Shown here: piece after piece, positions 1 to 7,670 of the stretch
How the letters are laid out: the number at the start of each line of letters is the position of its first letter
Numbering within the stretch: the first letter of the stretch is position 1
Source: a virus
DNA: 64,000 nt
Virus record (IMG/VR): IMGVR_UViG_3300035698_013362
Location: 18,919 to 82,918 of that record
Direction: 5' to 3' (one strand)
Translations under genes and position numbers: made by a program
Notes under the pieces: model-generated
Seen by the model: only the letters and a program-made list of their open reading frames with translations
What the model was told of the DNA's origin: nothing
The model's database searches: none

Positions 1-50
1 TTTATTTTAAGAAACCAAGCAAATCCATTCATTAAACAAAAGGTATTAAC

Positions 51-279
51 ATGATTGAATCACTAACAATTTTAATGTGGGTCATCTGTGGCTCATCAGC
101 ACATGATTGTGTATCATATATTGTTACTGAAGAATATGGTGAAATGAATAAAACCTATTATAATATATCAGGAATCATTTTTTACAGTATTTGGATTTGT
201 TTCAATGTGTTACGCAATGTTAGTCTGGTTCCATTTTGTGTGGGACGGCTCAATTAAACTAAATAAAGGAACAGTATGA
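51..279 (+). pseudogene. small membrane protein, frameshifted at T6 run (178-183)
   Basis: SD-like AAGG and ATG at 51. Removing one T joins the frame to a hydrophobic continuation TVFGFVSMCYAMLVWFHFVW...GTV* that ends at 279. Confidence 0.45.
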
Positions 280-332
280 AATAATCTCCTGATTACTGAA
301 AATGCAACTATTAATTTAGTTACATTTTTCTA

Positions 333-361
333 TTTACAACTTTGCAGATATATCGTATACT
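333..361 (+). promoter_or_regulatory. early sigma70-type promoter TTTACA-N17-TATACT
   Basis: Same architecture as promoters at 25285, 40037, 40809 and 53920; followed by GGAG SD and the ligase ATG. Confidence 0.8.
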
Positions 362-390
362 CTACTCCTAATCAACAACACGGAGACACT

Positions 391-1458
391 ATGACTGATC
401 AAGCTCGCCAGATTGAAACACAACTCGTTTATTGGAACGACGAATACCGCAAAGGTACTCCAGTCGTAAGTGATCCTGTTTTCGATTCACTCCTCGAACA
501 ATTTGAATCATTCGTTACTGTTGAAGAATACACCCGTGTTCGTGAATCCCTTTTTAATACTAAAGGTGACGTGAAACACCAATACATCATTGGTTCGTTG
601 AAGAAAACGAAAGCTGAAGATGATTCAATCCTCAAATGGATTGGTAAAGATAACGTAACTGAAGCATACATCGTTGAAAAGCTTGATGGAATGTCTATCG
701 TGTTACATTACGTAGACAGCGTTCTCGTTAAAGCCGTGTCACGTGGTGATGGTGAATATGGTAAGGACTATACAGAAAACCTCAAGCATATCGCTCCACT
801 TCGCCTTGACCTCAAATTCACAGGTCAGGTTCGTGCTGAAGTTGTGCTTCCAATTAGTGAACTTAAAAACATTAATGATATAGGCTTCACCTATAAGAAC
901 CCACGTAATGCTACGACTGGTCTCATTACTTCCAAATCAACCGAGGCGGATCTCCTTAAGCGCTGTAAAGTTATTGCTTACCAGATAATGGGATCAACTG
1001 AAAAGAAACCTACACAATACAGTGCGTTATATGATCTCGGTTTTACTCTTCCTAAACGTGAAACCTTCGATACACGCATTGATAATGTTACACCTAATTC
1101 ACTTAAAGCTATTTACGAAATCTGGACAGCTCAATCTGATTACGAAATCGATGGACTTGTTATCCACAACCTGAATTATGGTGATGAAAACATTAAACTC
1201 CCGACCCACACAATCGCTTTTAAAGTAAATGATCTCGTTGCAACAACAACCGTTCTCGACATCGAATGGGAAATGAGTCGTGGTAAAGAATATCGCCCAG
1301 TGGTTGTATTTAAAGCAATCGAGCTTGGTGGAGCTACAATCCAACGTGCTACTGGAAACAATCTACAATGGCTTATTGATCATAAACTTGAAATTGGATG
1401 TAGTGTTATTATAGAAAAAGCGGGTGATATTATTCCTCGGATTGTACAAGTTGTTTAG
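391..1458 (+). CDS. ligA: NAD-dependent DNA ligase, N-terminal half (Ia, adenylation, OB domains)
   Basis: Y..G.PVVSD..FD, EKLDG, SRGDG, NPRN, EIDGLV, AFK, RAT, KAGDIIP motifs. Confidence 0.95.
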   Translation: MTDQARQIETQLVYWNDEYRKGTPVVSDPVFDSLLEQFESFVTVEEYTRVRESLFNTKGDVKHQYIIGSLKKTKAEDDSILKWIGKDNVTEAYIVEKLDGMSIVLHYVDSVLVKAVSRGDGEYGKDYTENLKHIAPLRLDLKFTGQVRAEVVLPISELKNINDIGFTYKNPRNATTGLITSKSTEADLLKRCKVIAYQIMGSTEKKPTQYSALYDLGFTLPKRETFDTRIDNVTPNSLKAIYEIWTAQSDYEIDGLVIHNLNYGDENIKLPTHTIAFKVNDLVATTTVLDIEWEMSRGKEYRPVVVFKAIELGGATIQRATGNNLQWLIDHKLEIGCSVIIEKAGDIIPRIVQVV

Positions 1459-1510
1459 TATAACAAAATGAATCATAATTACCTTTCTATAATTATATAA
1501 CATTTTTCTA

Positions 1511-1539
1511 TGTACAAATTATAACCCTTGGGATAATAT
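1511..1539 (+). promoter_or_regulatory. promoter inside the split-ligase spacer
   Basis: acatttttcta-TGTACA matches the upstream context of the promoter at 333; the -10 (GATAAT) is imperfect; TTCTATAAT also lies at 1485-1493. Confidence 0.55.
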
Positions 1540-1566
1540 GTCTTACATAATTAATAAGGAATCTAT

Positions 1567-2388
1567 ATGTTTACTAAACTAAATTTAAATATCCCAATGT
1601 TTTGTTTTCATTGTAATCAACCAACTACAATGAAAGGTCCACACCTCGTATGTGCTAATGATGCTTGTACTGGAAACCAAATCAAGCAAATGAATACATT
1701 CCTTCGTGCTTGTGGAATTCAAGGTTTCTCTGAATCAACTTTGGAAAAATGGAAGCTTACTTCGATCGAAAAGGTAATGGCCTTCTACCCTAACACTCCT
1801 AATGAAAAGAAATTTCTTAATGAGCTATATGGTAATGTCTTCAACAAATCGAAACGTGATTTGATTATTGCTCTGCCATTCCATAACTTCGGTTCAACCC
1901 TTGTGACCCGTATGCTTGATACATATGGTAAGCAACGTATGGCTCATAACGATATCCTCGTAGATGGAATCAGTGCTGAACGTCAACGCAACTTCAAATC
2001 TCAGTTCGCTGAACTTGTGAAATGGGTTGAAGTTATTACTCATGACAATCGTTGGAAGCCCCAGGTCGCCGTTAGACAAAACACTTCACCTCTCAGCAAT
2101 AAACTATCAGGCCTCAGCTTTTGCTTTACAGGAAAGCTTACTACAATGACTCGTTCTGATGCTGAGAAATATGTTAAGTCTAATGGTGGTGAAGTCAAAT
2201 CGGTTTCAGCTAAGCTTACTTATCTTGTTACTAACAATCCTAACAGTGGTACCTCCAAGAACAAAAAAGCTCAGAACCTTGGTGTACAACTCATTACTGA
2301 AAAACAGTTTGGTGAATTACTCGGTAAGAAGATTGAAGATAAAAAGACTGAAGATAAATCAACACTTTTCGACATCAACGATCTATAA
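1567..2388 (+). CDS. ligA: NAD-dependent DNA ligase, C-terminal half (Zn finger, HhH, BRCT)
   Basis: CFHC...CANDAC zinc finger, IQGFS HhH, LSGLSFCFTGKL..MTR...GG..SVSAKLTYLV..K.KKA..LGV BRCT; own SD (TAAGGA). Confidence 0.92.
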   Translation: MFTKLNLNIPMFCFHCNQPTTMKGPHLVCANDACTGNQIKQMNTFLRACGIQGFSESTLEKWKLTSIEKVMAFYPNTPNEKKFLNELYGNVFNKSKRDLIIALPFHNFGSTLVTRMLDTYGKQRMAHNDILVDGISAERQRNFKSQFAELVKWVEVITHDNRWKPQVAVRQNTSPLSNKLSGLSFCFTGKLTTMTRSDAEKYVKSNGGEVKSVSAKLTYLVTNNPNSGTSKNKKAQNLGVQLITEKQFGELLGKKIEDKKTEDKSTLFDINDL

Positions 2389-2394
2389 TCAATT

Positions 2395-2561
2395 ATGAAC
2401 CGAATGAAACAACGTGAACGCATTCAAAAGGAAAAAATCCCTCTACCAATTTAATCTGGGATGAAGAATACCAAGAAAGATTGGATGCAAATAAAGTAAT
2501 AAAGAAAGAAAATAAATTCAAGAAGTTCTATAATAATTTACGAAACAAAATGCGCGGTTAG
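2395..2561 (+). pseudogene. small hypothetical gene frameshifted at A6 run (2432-2437)
   Basis: MNRMKQRERIQKE continues in a shifted frame as NPSTNLIWDEEYQERLDANKVIKKENKFKK...MRG*. Confidence 0.4.
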
Positions 2562-2590
2562 CTCAGTTGGCTAGAGCACTGCCCTAGCAT
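2552..2590 (+). pseudogene. 5' half of a tRNA gene (Val-like acceptor/D-arm), 3' half absent
   Basis: GCGCGGT-TA-GCTC-AGTTGGCTA-GAGC-A-CTGCC-CT is a canonical acceptor strand, D-arm and anticodon-stem 5' strand; no complementary GGCAG, T-arm or ACCGCGC follows. Confidence 0.65.
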
Positions 2591-2836
2591 CCAGAAAGAT
2601 AAGTCAAATGAAGTGGATACGCGGATTGAAACTTATTAAGTAAGGTACTAGGTTGAAAGTGAAAGCTCGAGAGGTGAAAAGTTCTATTGGCATTCAATCT
2701 TTGGTCGTATATTTGGTATGTTCGTTTGTGGATTAATATTTGGATCAGCTGGGTTTATTTACGGTCTTGTTTTTTCATGGTTAGATCAATAAATTCGTAT
2801 CTATATTATAGTTAATTCTAAATAAGGAAAGCTATT

Positions 2837-3766
2837 ATGAATACAGATATTCTAGATGATATCTTAGGTGAAAACCTTGACCAAGCCCAACAGTGTAAAA
2901 ATGTTCCAACATTAATTGTTGATACTTCTTACCTTGCATACCACTCCATGTTTTCTGCATGGAATACGTTCCGTGATCAATACAGTGATCTATGCCCAGT
3001 TGATAAAGACCCAGACTTTGATCCAGGTGATCATCCAGAGTTCTTGGCTATATTCAAACAACGTTTCTACTCAAGCGTCCTAACGGCGCCTATGAAGTAT
3101 CATCCGTTTATTGAAGAAAGAAATATCATCTTCGCAACTGATTGCCCTAAGAAGAATATCTGGCGTATTGAACACTATCCAGAATATAAACAGGAACGTC
3201 GTGATGCTAAGAAAGAAGATAAGCCCTTTGCCTTTAAACGTACATTTTCCTTTCTCTACAATACTATACTTCCTGAATGGGAAGACCTTGGTTCGATTGT
3301 AGTAGGTGCCCCTTGTTCAGAAGGTGATGATGTTATTGCCACGCTCGTAAAGAATAAAATTGCTAAGACGTTTATCGTAATGGCTTCTGACCGAGATATT
3401 CTTCAGTTGTCTTCTCCTACTTGTACAATGATTAATGTTAAAGGTGATCATATCACTTATTCCAACGAGCTCGATATTCCTGAAGAAGAATTGGAAGAAC
3501 GTAACTTTACTGGAAAGCATTACATCCTTATTAAAGCAATGATGGGTGACCGTTCAGATGGTATTACTCAGATTCATAAGCGCTGTGGTAAGAAGACTGC
3601 AATCAAATACTTCTTTGATCCTGATCTTTTAAATGCAAAACGTGCTTCAGATCCAGGAATTGATCCTATTATCAAGAACAACATTTTGATTATGGACTTC
3701 GATTATATTCCAGATGAAATTGATTCAGCTATCATGACTAAGTATAAGGAACAAATCAATTGCTAA
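2837..3766 (+). CDS. rnh: RNase H / 5'-3' flap exonuclease (T4 rnh-like)
   Basis: IVDTS, WR...YPEYK..R, EGDDVIA, SDRD..QL, GDRSDGI motifs. Confidence 0.93.
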   Translation: MNTDILDDILGENLDQAQQCKNVPTLIVDTSYLAYHSMFSAWNTFRDQYSDLCPVDKDPDFDPGDHPEFLAIFKQRFYSSVLTAPMKYHPFIEERNIIFATDCPKKNIWRIEHYPEYKQERRDAKKEDKPFAFKRTFSFLYNTILPEWEDLGSIVVGAPCSEGDDVIATLVKNKIAKTFIVMASDRDILQLSSPTCTMINVKGDHITYSNELDIPEEELEERNFTGKHYILIKAMMGDRSDGITQIHKRCGKKTAIKYFFDPDLLNAKRASDPGIDPIIKNNILIMDFDYIPDEIDSAIMTKYKEQINC

Positions 3767-4287
3767 AACAGCTTAAAGGTAAAGATTTACCTGCTCTGAG
3801 AGAAGAGTGGTGGGAAGAGAATGGTAAGAAATGTCTTATCACAGGGCTCACTATTCCTCTCTCGGAGGCTGTTATGGATCACCAACATAAACTCAAATCT
3901 GATTTAGCAGATGAATCAGGTCCAGGTTGTTGTCGTGGGGTCCTATCTTTCCAAGGTAATGCGTGGGAAGGTAAAGTGACTAATTCATTTAGACGATTAG
4001 GTCTCAATAAGAAAACGGATATAGTTACTGCATTAAGAAACCTTGCTGCTTTTCTAGAATGTAATCACGTTCACACAGATGAAGTTGTATGGATTCATCC
4101 TTCTGAAGAGCCTAAAGCACTTAAGATAACAAAACGATGTTACAATAAGTTATTGACTGCTATTAAGAAAGATAAGAATGCTAAGGGCAAAGTGCCTAAA
4201 TATACAGGACGTTTCTCTAAGCCACTTGAAAAGCTTATGGATAAATACGAAATCGAAATTGAATATTATGAGAGTTTTAGCTGTTGA
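3760..4287 (+). CDS. gp49: recombination endonuclease VII (gp49-like)
   Basis: KCLI...DHQH...RGVL...NAWEG...LRNL..FL...IHP parallels T4 EndoVII. Confidence 0.85.
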   Translation: MLKQLKGKDLPALREEWWEENGKKCLITGLTIPLSEAVMDHQHKLKSDLADESGPGCCRGVLSFQGNAWEGKVTNSFRRLGLNKKTDIVTALRNLAAFLECNHVHTDEVVWIHPSEEPKALKITKRCYNKLLTAIKKDKNAKGKVPKYTGRFSKPLEKLMDKYEIEIEYYESFSC

Positions 4288-4909
4288 TGCCGTAACACTA
4301 ATAAATCAAGCCGTATGTAATAACCTTGAACTATTTAAAGGATATATGGGTACTGGTGCATTTAAATCTCTATCTCTTGGTTGGAAGGATATTGAATCTG
4401 ATCTCAATCATACTATTACTGCTCTTTCAGCTTGGGCGTTCCGTAATGATGCCAAGATTCTTATTATCGATGGTGGAACCCCTTATCATCATTTGTATAT
4501 TACCTCAGGTGATTTAGAAGATATACCTAATATAGCATTTAAGTGTGTTCTTGATCCAATGATCCGAGAACATTATGCTATGTTCAATATTTCTCTTCCA
4601 ACTACGGCTCAACTTTGTGACATCTTTAGTGAATTAATGAAACCTAAATATGTAAACATTGTCCCAGTGTCTTTGAATCTGGATTATGATACTACATTAA
4701 TTAATCTTAATTATAATTCACTTGTTCATATTGAAGAACTTGATCTAGATGAAATAACCAAAAGGGGTACTGAAGATGGGATTGTAATCAGTCCTTATAC
4801 GTTCTATAATATGATAGCCGAATCACAACTGGTTGTTCGACATAATGATCGACTCGATTCTTTTATTAAAACTCAGGCTGAGCTCGCGTTGAGCACAGTA
4901 TTCAACTAA
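4268..4909 (+). CDS. hypothetical protein (N-terminus faintly PIN-like)
   Basis: Coupled ATG overlapping the gp49 end; operon context. Confidence 0.6.
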   Translation: MRVLAVDAVTLINQAVCNNLELFKGYMGTGAFKSLSLGWKDIESDLNHTITALSAWAFRNDAKILIIDGGTPYHHLYITSGDLEDIPNIAFKCVLDPMIREHYAMFNISLPTTAQLCDIFSELMKPKYVNIVPVSLNLDYDTTLINLNYNSLVHIEELDLDEITKRGTEDGIVISPYTFYNMIAESQLVVRHNDRLDSFIKTQAELALSTVFN

Positions 4910-4931
4910 ACCCGAACAAAAGGAAATAGCT

Positions 4932-5384
4932 ATGTTCGTAAAAAATACAGAAATACTCATTGCAGGGGACAATTATGTAGATGTTATTGGATATCCAATC
5001 CAGTTCGTTACACGTAAGAGTTCTATTGCTTCATATAACTTTGCACAGAAGATTATGTTCTTCTCGCATATCAACCGAACCATTACAGAAGTTAAGACGG
5101 CCGAATTCAATATGGTCAAATTGATTGCTCGTAATACTAAAGGTCGTGCATTTGAAGTTGTATGTGACGACAAAACCCTTATTGGCATTAGCCGTGGACG
5201 TTACATTGAATATGTTGAAGTTCGTTCATTGAAAGAAAACTCAAGCATCTTGATCGATGACGAAGGCCTTCTCTGTAAGATTCAAGTAATTGAGCCTTAC
5301 TACGAAAATGTAGATAAAGTGTATAACACTGGATCTAACAAAGGCAGCAACAAATTCGTTAATGGATTAATGTTCAAGGCGTAA
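4932..5384 (+). CDS. stand-alone degenerate Hint (intein-like) domain protein
   Basis: MFVKNTEILIAG (block A-like), VEVRSLKENSSIL, KVYNT (block F), KFVNGL (block G); catalytic C1, TxxH and terminal HN are missing. Confidence 0.6.
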   Translation: MFVKNTEILIAGDNYVDVIGYPIQFVTRKSSIASYNFAQKIMFFSHINRTITEVKTAEFNMVKLIARNTKGRAFEVVCDDKTLIGISRGRYIEYVEVRSLKENSSILIDDEGLLCKIQVIEPYYENVDKVYNTGSNKGSNKFVNGLMFKA

Positions 5385-5387
5385 ACT

Positions 5388-5924
5388 ATGGCACATCAAC
5401 TGAAGAAATTTAAAGTAACTGATGGTGATTCTGGAGGTGAATCTTTCACTGAAGGATTCAATAAAGGCGAAGTGATGCAAGATCTTCAGCGCATGGGTTG
5501 TATGAGTTCTGGTACAACCGTTGAAGAGGTTGATCCTAGAACTAATTTACCTATTGATGGTACACAATTGCCACCAGTAAGAAGTAATGCGCCTATGCCA
5601 CCAGTAAGGGCTCCTCTTGGTGCCACTGAAGGTCGTATCTTTACTATCCCTGGAACTAATCAGAAGATTAAAGATATCAATGGAACTCTTTACGGGCTCC
5701 AGTGGGTTAGTATCTCTAAAGAAGATTTGATTAGTCGAATCGGATGTGATGATATTTCTCCTGAAGGTGATACTCGTGATTATGTGCCTATGAAGATCTT
5801 TGACTGGGTTCTCCTTGATCAAGAGAAGGAACCAGAAATTGAAATTGAAACTGGGCCAATGCAAGATCCAGCAATAATTGAAAAGGAAGAAGAAGATGAT
5901 AGCAAAACAAGTATTATGGTTTAA
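5388..5924 (+). CDS. hypothetical protein
   Basis: 178-aa ORF in operon with phage-like codon usage. Confidence 0.7.
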   Translation: MAHQLKKFKVTDGDSGGESFTEGFNKGEVMQDLQRMGCMSSGTTVEEVDPRTNLPIDGTQLPPVRSNAPMPPVRAPLGATEGRIFTIPGTNQKIKDINGTLYGLQWVSISKEDLISRIGCDDISPEGDTRDYVPMKIFDWVLLDQEKEPEIEIETGPMQDPAIIEKEEEDDSKTSIMV

Positions 5925-6186
5925 TAGTCGTAAAGAGTTTTACGATTGGGTTGTTGGTTCTGAACTAGCAATATCAGAAGAAGAACTCGAAACGAATGAG
6001 AAGAAGAAGTTTATGCTTCTTCCACCACTCGATACAGTTGTTACCTACCTTGATCTTACTAACTACTTTGTTTGTGATAATATGCAAACAATTGTATGGA
6101 TGAAGAAAGAGGAAGAAGAAGGTAAGGAACCAACTATTCAAGCGGTGCCGATTATGATCAATTCAGATAAACTTGAAATTGATTAA
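5896..6186 (+). CDS. hypothetical protein
   Basis: Overlapping ATG; ends before a terminator. Confidence 0.65.
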   Translation: MIAKQVLWFNSRKEFYDWVVGSELAISEEELETNEKKKFMLLPPLDTVVTYLDLTNYFVCDNMQTIVWMKKEEEEGKEPTIQAVPIMINSDKLEID

Positions 6187-6206
6187 GTTCAAAGTTCTTA
6201 AACTAG

Positions 6207-6234
6207 AAAAGCTATCCATTGGATAGCTTTTTTT
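6207..6234. terminator. bidirectional rho-independent terminator
   Basis: AAAAGCTATCC-ATT-GGATAGCTTTTTTT between convergent genes. Confidence 0.85.
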
Positions 6235-6252
6235 GTATCAAGATGAAAGTGT

Positions 6253-6573
6253 TTAATCTTCGTCAGGATCTTTAGCATTCATTTCCATATCTTCAACATA
6301 TTTTGAAGACAGCATATTCTGCATAGTTGTCATGAAATGCTCTCGAATAGAATCAACAAATTTACCATGTTGAAGTAATCCACCAAGTCCCATAACAACT
6401 TCTTCCTGTGGAGTAAGTGTATGTTTACCTTTAAGAGTACAAATGGTTTCACATTTACCATTACCTCTTAATACGAGAGCGACATCATCACGAGCCAATT
6501 CAATTGTTTGCTTCACTTCTTTTGAAACGATATCGTCTTCTTTATTTTGTTTCTTCTTTAAAAAATTCTTCAT
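6253..6573 (-). CDS. hypothetical protein
   Basis: Coupled to the glycosyltransferase stop. Confidence 0.7.
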   Translation of the reverse strand: MKNFLKKKQNKEDDIVSKEVKQTIELARDDVALVLRGNGKCETICTLKGKHTLTPQEEVVMGLGGLLQHGKFVDSIREHFMTTMQNMLSSKYVEDMEMNAKDPDED

Positions 6574-7670
6574 TTAATCAACCTATCAAATACATCTGTA
6601 TGGTAATGGAGATTGTTTTCCAACCACCAGCCTTTATTTCGATCTTCAGTATTACCTGATTCCATTATAGCGTTATTTTTATTTATCTCAGCATTTAAGC
6701 TTTTGTCATCCTTAAATATTCTATCAATTTGATTCTGTAGAGCGTTAGCATCACTGAATACTGAATTGGTATGTTTATTGTAAGTGCAAATGTCCTGTCC
6801 AAGGAAAGGAATACGAGAAGCAGCTGCCTCTAATAATTTGATATTTGATTTAGCTTGATTGAACTTACTATCTTCAAGTGGAGCAATAACCAAATCTAAT
6901 TCTTTAGACTTAAGGCAATTCAAGTAGTTAAGGAATGGTGATCCAGAAGTAGTAGATATCTTACCTTGTTCAAGCAAATGCCATAGACGTTTAGGAACAT
7001 GAGCGAAGAACACCCACTCATATTTGTCACATGTCGCTTCAATAAAATCAATGATATGAGAGAAGTCATCCTGCGTTGTAGCATTTGCTGAATGATTGAA
7101 ATGTGAAAATGAGCATGGGAACCCGATGCGTAGGCGACGATTCTTTGGCACCTGCTTCGTCACAGGCGGAGTATAAGACCACCATTGTGGTATAAAGTTA
7201 GGTACAACTCTAAATTTCTTCAGGTCAATCCCTAGCTTAGTATGGTAATACATACCTAATTCTACCGTAGAAACAGTAACAGCATCAGCATGTTTAAACA
7301 TACATTGGATATTAGGTCCTGTCTTGGCGTGTTCTGGAGTGCTAGGGTTGTGAGGAGGCATATCTTCACCGATTAGAATATCATCTATATCGTATATGAC
7401 TTTCACTCCCTTGCGCGCCTGTAGCTCACTTAGGTAAGCTTGAAAGTATTTAGTGTGGTTTTCACTATGGAACCGCTGAGCCTTGAAGATACAATTCTCA
7501 TTTACACTTCCACTTAATGATGTAGATGGACCATCAAATCTTATAGATGAATAAAACATTTCCTTCTGAGCTCTTAAAGCCATATCAGGAAATGCCATTC
7601 GATAATAACCACAAGCAAAGTGGTCCATCTGCATATTAATTACAATAGCTGTCTTTTTAGGTTTGTTCAT
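6570..7670 (-). CDS. glycosyltransferase (GT-B/GT4-like)
   Basis: CGYYR..P, YDIDD, ADAVTVST..L, VPNFIP, DLVIAPL...FN.AKSNIKLLE. Confidence 0.85.
   Translation of the reverse strand: MNKPKKTAIVINMQMDHFACGYYRMAFPDMALRAQKEMFYSSIRFDGPSTSLSGSVNENCIFKAQRFHSENHTKYFQAYLSELQARKGVKVIYDIDDILIGEDMPPHNPSTPEHAKTGPNIQCMFKHADAVTVSTVELGMYYHTKLGIDLKKFRVVPNFIPQWWSYTPPVTKQVPKNRRLRIGFPCSFSHFNHSANATTQDDFSHIIDFIEATCDKYEWVFFAHVPKRLWHLLEQGKISTTSGSPFLNYLNCLKSKELDLVIAPLEDSKFNQAKSNIKLLEAAASRIPFLGQDICTYNKHTNSVFSDANALQNQIDRIFKDDKSLNAEINKNNAIMESGNTEDRNKGWWLENNLHYHTDVFDRLIK

Noticed and set aside
1459-1566. Self-splicing intron or ribosomal bypass in the ligase
   Set aside because: The spacer is only 108 nt, AT-rich and unstructured, and contains its own promoter-like sequence and SD.
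4932-5384. Hint protein acting in trans to splice the split ligase or baseplate pieces
   Set aside because: All splicing residues are missing and the split proteins carry no intein fragments.
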